From positions 1 to 47,557 of the forward strand of contig JAHJTG010000005.1 of the NCBI GenBank assembly GCA_018829965.1: a stretch of 47,557 bases of DNA, read 5' to 3'. Position numbers and translations under genes: made by a program. The notes beneath the pieces are model-generated. The model saw nothing but the letters and a program-made list of their open reading frames with translations, had not been told where the DNA came from and did not search any database. Shown here piece by piece: positions 1 through 9,568 of the stretch; positions within the stretch are counted from its first letter, which is position 1; each line of letters begins with the position of its first letter. This DNA is from Patescibacteria group bacterium. GTDB lineage: Bacteria > Patescibacteriota > Minisyncoccia > Minisyncoccales > Staskawiczbacteraceae.

Positions 1-41
1 ACAATTACTAAAATACTCGCTACTAAAATTTTGCTTTTCAT
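1..41 (-). CDS. 5' end of a probable secreted/membrane protein, truncated by the window edge
   Basis: ATG at 41 reads MKSKILVASILVIV (signal-peptide-like), downstream of the cassette hairpin/promoter at 84-126. Confidence 0.45.
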   Translation of the reverse strand, partial: MKSKILVASILVI

Positions 42-83
42 ATTTTTATAATTATTTTATTAATATAATAATATAATGACCTT

Positions 84-126
84 TTTTTTATCTTATCAAA
101 GAACCACCTCAATTGAAAGGTGGTTC
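84..126 (-). terminator. Cassette hairpin repeat, copy 1 (terminator plus extended -10 TGATAAGAT)
   Basis: GAACCACCT-caattgaa-AGGTGGTTC stem-loop; near-identical copies at 2100, 29607 and 31838. Confidence 0.75.
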
Positions 127-143
127 TTGACACGACTTGATGA

Positions 144-170
144 CTCCGCGGATGGGACGATTTTCGAACT
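144..170. repeat. att-like junction containing the tRNA-Asn 3' end fragment
   Basis: CTCCGCGG-atg-GGAC aligns with CTCCGCGG-cca-GGAC at 23117-23131; reads LRGWDDFRT in frame with ORF 171..359. Confidence 0.75.
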
Positions 171-251
171 TTGAGATGGGTGGATTTTATTGAAAAACCT
201 GAAAAGTTATTAGATAATGCTAAGATTGTTCTGACACAAATAACCTTAAGT

Positions 252-1220
252 TCAGACTTCACTAATCACGTCAAATCCTTTAAAACTACCGGTGATAGAT
301 ATCCCTATAACATTTTTTGCAATTTTTTTATCTTTCACTTGTTTGGCTACCTGATTTAAGGTTGCCCCGGAACCTACGGCATCATCAATAAGAAGTAAAT
401 TGTTATATTTACCACTTTCTGTTAGGACTAAAGTCTTTCCCGCATTTTCAATACGATCTTCCAATTTTGATAGAGTTTTCTGCGGAACAATGATCTCCGT
501 TTTAATTTTCTCAATTTTAATACTCTTAACATTAAGATTGAGTTGCTTTTCAAGCTCACGAATAAATTGAACCTCTCTCTTTACTGTCCAAGGTATAAAA
601 CCGACTGCATCGATACGGAACTTTTTAATCAACGAATCAATTTTAGGTTTTATCTCTGCAACTATTTGTTTAATTATTACCTTATTCCCACTTTGTTTAC
701 CATAAAGAAGAAGCTGTCCAAGCCTTGTCTTACCAAATCTTTCTATACTATAAAAATCTAAGTAGAATATTTTATCAATATACACCCTACTGAATGTACT
801 ATTAAATTTTTGCAACCCGTCAATCAAACCGCCCCTCTTAAATTTATCGTATTTATTTAAAACTTTTATATATTCATCCGCAGTTTTACTAACGTCTAGA
901 TTATTTTTATTGCACCAGTAATTAAAACCAGCGAATCCATCTTTTTTTTCTCCGCTAGGAGTAATAATGAGGTAGTTCTTTTCAATTATTTCCTTTCTCT
1001 TTTTATTTATGACTACATCTTCCTTTTCTTCTACTGAGCTTTTCAATAAATAAAAAACCTTAGGGGGTCTTCCAATCTTATCTATTTCCCCATTTCTTAA
1101 AAGATTCGCTAATTGTTTTCTTACAGCACGATTACCTATTCCTAAATAATTCGATAACTCACTTCCAGTCACCCTATTTTTTTCTTTTAAATATTTCTTT
1201 ATTTTAATACTTGTTTTCAT
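252..1220 (-). CDS. Winged-HTH plus ComF-like phosphoribosyltransferase domain protein
   Basis: N-terminal HTH (VTGSELSNYLGIGNRAVRKQL); PRPP-binding motif LLIDDAVGSGATL. Confidence 0.75.
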   Translation of the reverse strand: MKTSIKIKKYLKEKNRVTGSELSNYLGIGNRAVRKQLANLLRNGEIDKIGRPPKVFYLLKSSVEEKEDVVINKKRKEIIEKNYLIITPSGEKKDGFAGFNYWCNKNNLDVSKTADEYIKVLNKYDKFKRGGLIDGLQKFNSTFSRVYIDKIFYLDFYSIERFGKTRLGQLLLYGKQSGNKVIIKQIVAEIKPKIDSLIKKFRIDAVGFIPWTVKREVQFIRELEKQLNLNVKSIKIEKIKTEIIVPQKTLSKLEDRIENAGKTLVLTESGKYNNLLLIDDAVGSGATLNQVAKQVKDKKIAKNVIGISITGSFKGFDVISEV

Positions 1221-1317
1221 GGCTCTACTATAACATAAAAGGTTCCTAGTTCCTATTTTATTAGGAACTTTTTATATTAGGGGGATTTAAATTAAGAAAT
1301 CTATTTCTAGAAATTAG

Positions 1318-1344
1318 CTCTGCATCGTGGACGTTGTTGGAACT
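1318..1344. repeat. Degenerate att-like junction
   Basis: CTC TGC ATC GTG GAC GTT GTT GGA ACT has the same spacing as the 144 and 31884 sites (CTC-N8-GGAC-N7-GAAC). Confidence 0.55.
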
Positions 1345-1372
1345 AGGATAAGAGAGAAGGAGGAGTTTGTGC

Positions 1373-2071
1373 CTATCCCTTGTCTACCCCCTCCGGCTTC
1401 CCTTTTTCATAACCGGAATCGGCATCTCTAATATATTCCGAATATTCCTCAAATAGTTTTTGGCTGTTCATTCTTACTACTTCTGCCCATTTTTGAGCGG
1501 TTTTAATTTCTTCCCGCCAATTCTCTTTTGACACCCTAAACATAATGAAGGGATAAAAATCGCTCTGCTTAACGTCTGCTGGCAGCTCCCAACGCATAAA
1601 ACTATGCTCCATTGGTCTTACATACACCCTCACCGCTGTTTCCGGATAACCATATGCTTTGCCAAATTCAATTTGATTTTTTGCTTGCAAAATATTTTTA
1701 AGACTTTGTTCATCTTTGCCGATGGCAAAATCTTTTACTTCCCTTCTTTCTCCTTGTTCGGCGTTGTCAGTAGACGTCTGCACATCCGTACGTACCCTTT
1801 TCTTTTTATAAGGCAAGCTCAAGACAGATAAAAGATCTTCAACCGATTTTACATCTTCCTCCCTAAGGTGCTTTTTTTCTTTCCCTTGCGACCACCATTC
1901 TCCACCAACAGTAATATCTGTGACGGGCTTGTCTCCTGTTTTTAAAAGCAGGAGTCCTACCTTCTCGTCCACATATATTGAGGCGGCTTCTATTTTTTCA
2001 ACGGTTTCTTTGTCTAATATTTCTGGCCCGTTTTCTTGGGATGATGTAAATTTTTCAATTGATTCTGTCAT
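1373..2071 (-). CDS. Hypothetical protein (single-gene cassette)
   Basis: 232-aa ORF with FGKAYGYPETAV motif, bounded by att-like sites at 1318 and 2142. Confidence 0.7.
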   Translation of the reverse strand: MTESIEKFTSSQENGPEILDKETVEKIEAASIYVDEKVGLLLLKTGDKPVTDITVGGEWWSQGKEKKHLREEDVKSVEDLLSVLSLPYKKKRVRTDVQTSTDNAEQGERREVKDFAIGKDEQSLKNILQAKNQIEFGKAYGYPETAVRVYVRPMEHSFMRWELPADVKQSDFYPFIMFRVSKENWREEIKTAQKWAEVVRMNSQKLFEEYSEYIRDADSGYEKGKPEGVDKG

Positions 2072-2099
2072 AATTCTAATTAATTTAATTATTCCATCG

Positions 2100-2133
2100 T
2101 ATCAAAAAACCACCTCAGTTAAAAGGTAGTTTT
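2100..2133 (-). terminator. Cassette hairpin repeat, copy 2
   Basis: TATCAAAAAACCACCTCAGTTAAAAGGTAGTTTT. Confidence 0.7.
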
Positions 2134-2141
2134 AGTAAAAG

Positions 2142-2168
2142 CTCTCCGTGATACGCGAGTTTAGAACC
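2142..2168. repeat. Degenerate att-like junction followed by an orphan LSR-tail-like reading frame
   Basis: CTC TCC GTG ATA CGC GAG TTT AGA ACC = LSVIREFRT, 8 nt after the hairpin repeat. Confidence 0.5.
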
Positions 2169-2232
2169 GCAATTAAAGAGCATCGTAGCTACTGGAAATT
2201 CTACACTGTCCGCGAATGGCCTGAAGTTCTGG

Positions 2233-2709
2233 CTAATTCAAATACCAGATAAAGTAGTTAAGAACACTGGCAAAACTAACCCAGAGCAAGTATGGAATTA
2301 AGAGATAGGTCGCCCATCGATTGATCTTCCAGAATTTAATCATTAAAGCGATGATTAAGAGCCAGATAATGATGATGTTTATAAAAGCCAGGCCAGGGTT
2401 TTGAAGCCCGAAAAATATTATTGACCAGATAGCGTTGAAAAACAAATGAATCCAAAACAGCCACATCGCGCCTCTGGCTGTTTTGTTTTTCTCAACTTTC
2501 TGCCAAATAAGATAAATACTGATACCCATTAGGATATAAAGCATAATCCAAACCGGGCCAAACAGCCAATTGGGAGGGCTAAAACTCGGCCTCTGTAAAG
2601 TCGCATACCAAGTAGGGATGGCTGAAGTGGTAAAAAGCGAGCCGACAATCCCGGCCAGTTCACAAACGCCGACAGCAATAATCAATTTTACAAAATTATT
2701 CAGCTTCAT
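2233..2709 (-). CDS. tspO: TspO/MBR family tryptophan-rich sensory protein
   Basis: WYATLQRPSFSPPNWLFGPVW and LLIPYLLWVSFASVLN motifs; about 5 TM segments. Confidence 0.92.
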   Translation of the reverse strand: MKLNNFVKLIIAVGVCELAGIVGSLFTTSAIPTWYATLQRPSFSPPNWLFGPVWIMLYILMGISIYLIWQKVEKNKTARGAMWLFWIHLFFNAIWSIIFFGLQNPGLAFINIIIIWLLIIALMIKFWKINRWATYLLIPYLLWVSFASVLNYFIWYLN

Positions 2710-2718
2710 AAGTTTATT

Positions 2719-3123
2719 TTACCACCTTTCGGGACTATAATACCACTTCATGTTCGGATCTTTTAGTTTTTTCTCGATACCGATTAAACACTCGTCGCAT
2801 CCTTCCGGGCAGGTATCACAGCCATTGATACAAACCGCGCAGGGATTCTCTACTGCCGCAAGTTCAGGATATAATATCTTGCCCCAAAATGTCACATAGT
2901 AGCCGCCCTCGCAACTTGCCACCCACCTGCCAAAAGGCGCCCACATCACATTATAATCGCAAATCAGCTCGCCGGTGTATTTATCAATCGTGCCGTCAAT
3001 TTCAGCTCGTTCCTCAAATACCTTATTGTGCAAACTCTGATTATCCAGCCAGGGTGCCCGAGCGAATATAACAACGACAGCAGTAATTATTGCAATGATA
3101 ATGAGTTTTTTATTTCTGGTCAT
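2719..3123 (-). CDS. Hypothetical membrane-anchored Cys-rich protein
   Basis: N-terminal hydrophobic helix; CAVCINGCDTCPEGCDEC motif. Confidence 0.6.
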   Translation of the reverse strand: MTRNKKLIIIAIITAVVVIFARAPWLDNQSLHNKVFEERAEIDGTIDKYTGELICDYNVMWAPFGRWVASCEGGYYVTFWGKILYPELAAVENPCAVCINGCDTCPEGCDECLIGIEKKLKDPNMKWYYSPERW

Positions 3124-3544
3124 ATACCTGATTGAATTTCTCTTTAACTATTTTTATAACTCTATCAAGCTCTGCTTTGTCTACATTTTTGCAATCATAT
3201 TCATCAACAAATTTCACCCATTCATCGTTCCGGGGAGTGAAAAATCGTATCTCATCTATTGAATACGCGCTTTCGTCGGGCTTCAACACCTCCATTCTTC
3301 CGCCGGCCCAACCCTTATATTTAGGATCCTGAATAATTTCCTCAATAAATGAAATAGTATACTCCTTGTCTCTTTTCTTTTCAGAATCAACAATTTTCTC
3401 TACCTCTTTGTTGGTAATTTTTGAACCAGAAAGCCGCATTGAGGCGCCAGTGCTCTCAATTAATGTTTTTCTTTTCTGTTCCTTCCAAAACTCGGTGTTA
3501 AACCGATTGCCAGAAGGACGCTTTTTTGTTTTTTTCTTTGTCAT
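3110..3544 (-). CDS. Hypothetical protein with a Fic-N-terminus-like segment
   Basis: LIESTGASMRLSGSKITNKEVEKI resembles the N-terminal helix of Fic proteins; no HPFxxGNGR motif. Confidence 0.55.
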   Translation of the reverse strand: MTKKKTKKRPSGNRFNTEFWKEQKRKTLIESTGASMRLSGSKITNKEVEKIVDSEKKRDKEYTISFIEEIIQDPKYKGWAGGRMEVLKPDESAYSIDEIRFFTPRNDEWVKFVDEYDCKNVDKAELDRVIKIVKEKFNQVYDQK

Positions 3545-3640
3545 GTTTTGGATATACCAAATATGTCCAATCCGCTATATCCACTATAACGAACTGTAGC
3601 GAATTGGATAGAGGCTAATTGCCTCCCTATACAGAAAGAC

Positions 3641-6600
3641 TTATAAATTCTTTATAAACTGATCCAGTAGTCTCACTTCAATAAAATTAACTTCGGTCTT
3701 AACTGGCGGAAATTTTGTCCACCAAAATCCCATCTTCGTTGCAAAAACAGAAATGACCTTGGGATCCAAAGTTGGAGTATCCCAACCCAATTTTGTCACC
3801 AAATCCCTACCTTTAGTTTTTAAGTGATTTGCTCTTTTTTCAACTCGTTGGAGATAACCCCCCTTAAAGATGGTATCCCTTTTCATCTCTCCAAATATTT
3901 TTCGTTGCATTCTCCCAGAATCTTTATTGCTATACGGCGGGTCAATAATCTTTGATTCAATGTTGAGTAAAACATTTTTATTTTTCAAATATGCGAGCAC
4001 ATCGTAATCACCGATATCGGTAATTGTTTCATCATACTTGTGGGGGTATACACCTTTTTCTACATTGTTCGTATGCCGCAAAGCAATTTCTTTTATCTTC
4101 TCCACCAAACAATTTCTTAGATTTTCATGTCCCCTATTTAAAACTGCCTTTACCGTAGGTGCATCTAGATCAGATGGCAATTTATGCTTACTAGATATGC
4201 CCATCCAAATATGACTAGTCCGATCAATAGAGTGAGGACCCCAATAATAATGACCATCGATTTTTATGAGCGGTCTAATATCAAAACGCATTGGGCGTTT
4301 AGTATGCTCCCAGACAGGAATATCCTCTGCGGGTTCTTGTTCACCTTTAATGGTTAATATCCCTTCTGGCTTAAGAGCCAAGAAATTCAGAATAGCGTCC
4401 GTCTCTGATATATCGTAGCCTTTTATTTGTTTAGCGCACGCAGAGGCTATTTCTTTTGAAGTAGCATAATAGTAAGTACCCTCGCCTTTTTCAGTGTCAA
4501 CAGCCCATAATGCCAGCACCTGTTGCACATTCACAAAATTCTTAAGACCGAAAGCAAAATCTTTTTTAAAAGCTCTATCTAATTCATCCAAATAATCCTC
4601 AATAGGAATATTTGAATCGGCTGTATCCTCCTTCTTGCCAATGATTCCGAGGTTAATTTTTGCTTGTTCCTTGCCATATTCCTTTTCCATCGAAGCAATG
4701 TCGTTTTTTTCATCACTTGTTGAAACGATATAATCTCTGTCAATGTTCACATTTACCGGGTAAAGTTCGTAATTAATAAAATCACTTGCAACATATATAT
4801 CAATGAGCCGATCTGCAAATACAAGCAACTCTTTTAAATGCTGGTTGCTAAATTTTGTATTACCTCCGGGTTGCAACTGAACAAACTTTTCGATTAGATA
4901 TCTATAAACCTTATACCAATGGAGAAACTTTTTTTCGTTTTCTGACGATTTTCCTTCTCTTTCATAATCAACCTCATGGTCGCGGGAAGCTTTGATTTCT
5001 TCTTCAGCATGCCACGAATCATGTATTAACGCATTACTTTTTTCTAGCAATACAGGAATAGCATCGCCCAAGTTATGCCCCTGAATTTTAATGTTTAAGA
5101 ATTGGACTAGTTTATTCCTAAGATTATTTAATTTTCTCTTGCCTTCATCAGCCGAATAACTTCCGGGTTGTATATTTAACCCTAGGGCTATTTTTGCTAT
5201 CTCTTTATCCGCCAACTTATATTCTTTCTGATCTGGCAATAGAGTTCTGATTCCTTCTGGGAAAGAAACTTTTTTCTCGACCATAAATGTTTTAAATCGA
5301 GCCTTTTTGTTTTTTTCCTTTTCTAGCTCGCTTCTTATATTTGCCAAATCTGGTTCCGCCACCAAGGTGTTAAGTTGTTCAAGCACATCAACCAATAACT
5401 GGATTTGGATAGACCTATCAGCGACTATCCTAAGCGCTTCCATCATTTTTTCTAGGTTATATACAACTCTTACTCCGTAATCCATTGATTGTAGTCGCGC
5501 ACAATCCATAGCCCAAAGATTAGTATTTTGCACGAGATGTCTCACATGAGCAAGCTCATCCTCTTTAAGTGCTATCGATGATGGGCAAAAGAATATCTGA
5601 ACTTTATTGTGAGATTTAGTAAAATTGAGCTTCTCAATAATATTCGGATAGATATCGATTGCATCAAATAAACTTTGCATTATTGAATCATTAATTCCTC
5701 CTTCATCTAATTCCATCCGATGAACAGGTGCATTAATAAAAAACGAAGCTTGTCCTATTTTCTGATAATAAGCATATCCAAAAAAAGTCCGTGAATTGAG
5801 AATAAAACCGGTCTTTGTTTTCCTGTCGGCAGGTATAGTCCAACCCCTAGGATGACCAAAGAAATTCTCTTCTGGAAAAATTTCCCAGAATTTTGATAAT
5901 GAACGATAACGAAAATCTGTTCCCCAGTGTGGATCAAGCACAACGAGGTTGGGCGTGTTGGCGCCAGGAATCAATACGCTGTGAGAATCTCTAAATGATC
6001 CAAATCGATCCAAATAAGAAGTCATTGGCGACAAACTAAATGAATCTTGCATACTTTCAACATATTCAAAAAAATCAGCTATCTCGTGTAAGTCTTCTAT
6101 TTCATCTATAATTCCCAAAAACTGATCGAGCCCAATAATTTCTCCGACTAAGTCCTTTGGCTGTCCAATCATGCCGAAATCGGTAGTAATATGCGGGATG
6201 ACAGTAATAATTAACGGTTCAAGGGCCGTTCTGCCTTCTCCTTTTGTAGATTCAAATTGAACCATTTTCTCCTCACCGTGTAAACCTAATCTTGTAGGTG
6301 ATTTAGTAAAAAAATTTTGGGCTTCTTGAAGTTCGGGAATAAGAGACTCGAGCATTTTTTGTTGTGTAGTACCAGCAGTCGGTGGAGGTAAGACATGAAC
6401 CAATATAAGTTTATTTTTTGAGCGAAACGCCGTAGTGAATATCGTTTTATGAGGTTTTAGATCGTCCTGTATTGCGCTACAAATAAAAAATAATTCTTCC
6501 TCTCGCACCCGTTGCTTTATAAAGTGATACAGTTCAACTCCTATTTTAATTTCATAATGTTTTATCTCTTTTACGGTTGATGGATAATGTTCTGATAAAA

Positions 6601-7390
6601 TTTTCCCCCACTTATCAAACAATACTGCGAAATATTTTCGTGGAAGTACCGGGAAAAATCTGCCAGATTTTTTAAGAAAGAAATAAAAACAATTTTTTCC
6701 ATCATGAGCACGGCTCAAAAAGTCTTCTTCGGGAGGGACTTCAATGGGGCGAGCGGAATCTAAATCCTTTGTATATTCTTTAATTAGATCGGGGCTAAAA
6801 TTTGAAGTAGGATCAAAATTGTCTAAAAACCCCACCGCGGCTTGCCAAAATTCTTCTGAGGGCAAACTAAAGCCCCCCAACTCCACATCTCGTTTATCTT
6901 GCGCCTTAACATCGATTCCGTTGATTATTTTGTCTTGGACAGTCAAACAGAATTCAAACTCTTTTATCGGAGACCGTCCAAGTTTCTCTAAATAATATTC
7001 TTCAAAACCCCTATGGATTACCTCAAACGAATAACAAAAGTCGTAAGGATTAGATAGGTCGCCACCATAAAGCGTCCTGTAGAATTTTTTATTCAAAAAG
7101 TATTTAATTTCACCCCAATCGTTCTCTGGAAGATAATCTTCCATCATTGGGAAAGAGGGAACAATCAGAAGTAATTCTTGCACAAATTTTTTAAAGTGAT
7201 TGTATTCAGTAATTTTATTTTCTTTAGGGAGCTTGTCAAAAATGGACTCAAAAATGACATAAAGATATTGAGACTTTATGGGGCTAGCGACATTAGGAAG
7301 CCATAAATTCAATACGAAAAAAGACTTCAATAGATCCTCGATGCTATAATCCAAAAGAAAGTTTTTTAATTTTACATTATTTTCGTCCAT
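3641..7390 (-). CDS. Large hypothetical protein with a C-terminal PD-(D/E)xK/NERD-like nuclease domain (candidate defence gene)
   Basis: 1249-aa ORF; GDYDVLAY...LLNIESK motif near the C-terminus. Confidence 0.6.
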   Translation of the reverse strand: MDENNVKLKNFLLDYSIEDLLKSFFVLNLWLPNVASPIKSQYLYVIFESIFDKLPKENKITEYNHFKKFVQELLLIVPSFPMMEDYLPENDWGEIKYFLNKKFYRTLYGGDLSNPYDFCYSFEVIHRGFEEYYLEKLGRSPIKEFEFCLTVQDKIINGIDVKAQDKRDVELGGFSLPSEEFWQAAVGFLDNFDPTSNFSPDLIKEYTKDLDSARPIEVPPEEDFLSRAHDGKNCFYFFLKKSGRFFPVLPRKYFAVLFDKWGKILSEHYPSTVKEIKHYEIKIGVELYHFIKQRVREEELFFICSAIQDDLKPHKTIFTTAFRSKNKLILVHVLPPPTAGTTQQKMLESLIPELQEAQNFFTKSPTRLGLHGEEKMVQFESTKGEGRTALEPLIITVIPHITTDFGMIGQPKDLVGEIIGLDQFLGIIDEIEDLHEIADFFEYVESMQDSFSLSPMTSYLDRFGSFRDSHSVLIPGANTPNLVVLDPHWGTDFRYRSLSKFWEIFPEENFFGHPRGWTIPADRKTKTGFILNSRTFFGYAYYQKIGQASFFINAPVHRMELDEGGINDSIMQSLFDAIDIYPNIIEKLNFTKSHNKVQIFFCPSSIALKEDELAHVRHLVQNTNLWAMDCARLQSMDYGVRVVYNLEKMMEALRIVADRSIQIQLLVDVLEQLNTLVAEPDLANIRSELEKEKNKKARFKTFMVEKKVSFPEGIRTLLPDQKEYKLADKEIAKIALGLNIQPGSYSADEGKRKLNNLRNKLVQFLNIKIQGHNLGDAIPVLLEKSNALIHDSWHAEEEIKASRDHEVDYEREGKSSENEKKFLHWYKVYRYLIEKFVQLQPGGNTKFSNQHLKELLVFADRLIDIYVASDFINYELYPVNVNIDRDYIVSTSDEKNDIASMEKEYGKEQAKINLGIIGKKEDTADSNIPIEDYLDELDRAFKKDFAFGLKNFVNVQQVLALWAVDTEKGEGTYYYATSKEIASACAKQIKGYDISETDAILNFLALKPEGILTIKGEQEPAEDIPVWEHTKRPMRFDIRPLIKIDGHYYWGPHSIDRTSHIWMGISSKHKLPSDLDAPTVKAVLNRGHENLRNCLVEKIKEIALRHTNNVEKGVYPHKYDETITDIGDYDVLAYLKNKNVLLNIESKIIDPPYSNKDSGRMQRKIFGEMKRDTIFKGGYLQRVEKRANHLKTKGRDLVTKLGWDTPTLDPKVISVFATKMGFWWTKFPPVKTEVNFIEVRLLDQFIKNL

Positions 7391-7409
7391 TTTTGTTGAA
7401 TTGAAAGCC

Positions 7410-7418
7410 TGTGGATAA
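7410..7418 (-). promoter_or_regulatory. Consensus DnaA box
   Basis: TGTGGATAA is the reverse complement of TTATCCACA; intergenic. Confidence 0.45.
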
Positions 7419-7487
7419 GTAATTTGGCTTTCTATTTATTTTCTATTATACTATAAGTATAGAAGTAAACCAAACCAGTGTCAAACT

Positions 7488-9026
7488 ATGCTTACTAAAA
7501 GAAGAAAAGAAGTCTTGGACTTCATAAAAAAATATAAGGCTAAGAAAAAATATGCTCCCTCGCTTGAGGAAATACGGAAGCATTTTCGGCTTGCCTCCGT
7601 CTCAACCGCCCATTTTCATGTAAAGAAATTACAAGAAGACGGCTATCTGCAAAAAGAATACAATCAACCACGAGGCATTGATGTAATCAAACGCGATGAA
7701 ATAATAAAAATTCCAATAATGGGAACTATTACTGCGGGCCAACCGATTGAAGCAATAGAAGTCCCAGATTCAATGGTCGCAATTTCTAAAAAAGAAATAA
7801 CTGCGAACCAAAAACATTATGCTTTACGGGTCCGAGGCGATAGCATGATCAATGATGGTATATTTGATGGCGATGTTGTTGTAATTCGCAAGCAAGAGAC
7901 CGCCGACGATGGCCAAACAGTCGTAGCAATTATTGATGATAATGAGGCTACTCTCAAAAAAATTTACACAGAAAAATCGCGCATTAGATTACAACCAGCA
8001 AATCAAGAAATGTTGCCTTTCTACCGAAAAGAAGTAGAGGTGCGAGGTGTTGTAGTCAAAATCATAAGAAATTTAGAAAATGGCACCCAGGATAATACAC
8101 TCGCTTATAAGAAAAAAGTCTTTTTGGATCGCATAAAAAGCTCTAACCCCAAAAGTCAAAATAAATATAAAAGGGTTGTCCTTTCCCCTATTAGATATGC
8201 CGGGGGGAAAACTTTAGCAGTTGGGCATGTTATTGAATTATTGCCCGATAATACAAAAAGAGTTGTTTCACCTTTCTTCGGCGGTGGTTCAATTGAAATA
8301 GCTATGAGCAAAGAGTTAGATTTAGAAGTAATCGGTTATGACATTTTTGATATTCTTTGCAATTATTGGAAATTTCAAATAGAAAAACCAGAACTTCTTT
8401 ATAATAAATTAAAGGAATTAAAACCAAACAAAAAAACCTTTGAAAAAATAAGGTTAATTTTAAACGATGTGTGGAAGAAAAAGATTAAGTTAGACCCGCT
8501 AACACTCGCAGTTTATTATGTCTATAACTTTAATCTCTCCTATGGTCCCGGATTTATGGGCTGGTCGTCTGAGATTTACTTGGATGATAAAAGATACAAA
8601 AGAATGATAGAAAACATTCGGGATTTTAACCCCAAAAATCTAAGGGTGGAATGTGCGGACTTTCAAGAAGTAATTAAAAATCATCCTAATGACTTTCTAT
8701 ATTGCGACCCTCCATATTATATCGGAAAAGACTCAAAAATGTTTAAAGGGATCTATCCGATGAGAAATATACCTGTTCATCACAACGGATTCCCACATGA
8801 AGCCCTAAGAGATCTATTAAAAAATCATAAAGGCGGTTTTGTGCTTTCTTATAATAATTGCCCAACAATAAGAGAATATTATAAAGATTTCCAGCAATTC
8901 TTCCCCAGTTGGCAATATACAATGGGCCAAGGAGAAACAAGAATTGGCTTAAATAGAAAAAATGGCAACGGTAGCCATGTAAAAGAATCTCATGAGATAA
9001 TTGTTTTTGGTCCGCCTAAAAAATAG
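7488..9026 (+). CDS. LexA repressor fused to a Dam/D12-class N6-adenine DNA methyltransferase
   Basis: LexA HTH (YAPSLEEI...SVSTAHFHV), Ala-Gly site (TAGQP), GDSM and TLKK catalytic motifs; then YAGGK, SPFFGGGS, DPPY. Confidence 0.9.
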   Translation: MLTKRRKEVLDFIKKYKAKKKYAPSLEEIRKHFRLASVSTAHFHVKKLQEDGYLQKEYNQPRGIDVIKRDEIIKIPIMGTITAGQPIEAIEVPDSMVAISKKEITANQKHYALRVRGDSMINDGIFDGDVVVIRKQETADDGQTVVAIIDDNEATLKKIYTEKSRIRLQPANQEMLPFYRKEVEVRGVVVKIIRNLENGTQDNTLAYKKKVFLDRIKSSNPKSQNKYKRVVLSPIRYAGGKTLAVGHVIELLPDNTKRVVSPFFGGGSIEIAMSKELDLEVIGYDIFDILCNYWKFQIEKPELLYNKLKELKPNKKTFEKIRLILNDVWKKKIKLDPLTLAVYYVYNFNLSYGPGFMGWSSEIYLDDKRYKRMIENIRDFNPKNLRVECADFQEVIKNHPNDFLYCDPPYYIGKDSKMFKGIYPMRNIPVHHNGFPHEALRDLLKNHKGGFVLSYNNCPTIREYYKDFQQFFPSWQYTMGQGETRIGLNRKNGNGSHVKESHEIIVFGPPKK

Positions 9027-9028
9027 AG

Positions 9029-9568
9029 CTATTTTCTATTCAATCTCTTTCGATGGTACAAATTATGTTTTTTGGCTAAATCTGGTGGATACGGCTTATG
9101 ATTCTCTTGGAAATTCCAATCGGGATATTTCTTCTCTCTTAAAAAATAGTCAGATTTACACAAATCTTCCATCTCTTTAAAGCTTGCGATTTCTACTTTT
9201 TTAGGACCAAACAACCCGTTAACCGTAGCCAATGTTCTAGGAGAAGTTATCATAAATAGTTCTACCTTTGATTTGCTTTTAAGAGCTCTTTCAATAAGTA
9301 AATGAGCAACAAACCGAGGGACGCCCGGACTGCCCGTCATAGCGGATACATAAAAAATCATAGTTGCTTTAATCCCTCCTTTTGAAGTAGAGCCGCCAAT
9401 TTTTTTAATAATCCCGTCTTGAACTATTAAATAAATCCTTGCCGAATTATCAGTAAGCACCTTCTTATCAAGGGTAGGCAGATATTTAATATCTATCTTA
9501 TTTCTATGATGTTTTTTTAATATAAAATCGCCTACTTTAATTGCTGTTTTTACATCTTTAATATTCAT
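9029..9568 (-). CDS. GIY-YIG (Hpy188I-like) restriction endonuclease
   Basis: RIYLIV...IKKIG motif, conserved E, C-terminal P-x-W-N-x-Q; convergent with the MTase. Confidence 0.7.
   Translation of the reverse strand: MNIKDVKTAIKVGDFILKKHHRNKIDIKYLPTLDKKVLTDNSARIYLIVQDGIIKKIGGSTSKGGIKATMIFYVSAMTGSPGVPRFVAHLLIERALKSKSKVELFMITSPRTLATVNGLFGPKKVEIASFKEMEDLCKSDYFLREKKYPDWNFQENHKPYPPDLAKKHNLYHRKRLNRK

Noticed and set aside
38-262. ORF 38..262 and the extended N-terminus of 28418..29635, which share RWFFDKIK
   Set aside because: The peptide similarity is just translation of the non-coding hairpin repeat.
171-359. Independent gene
   Set aside because: Better explained as an orphan recombinase tail downstream of the att junction; it overlaps the convergent PRTase gene.
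2208-2234. Additional att site (GTCCGCGAATGG)
   Set aside because: It lacks the GGAC/GAAC elements and lies within the tail frame that starts at 2142.
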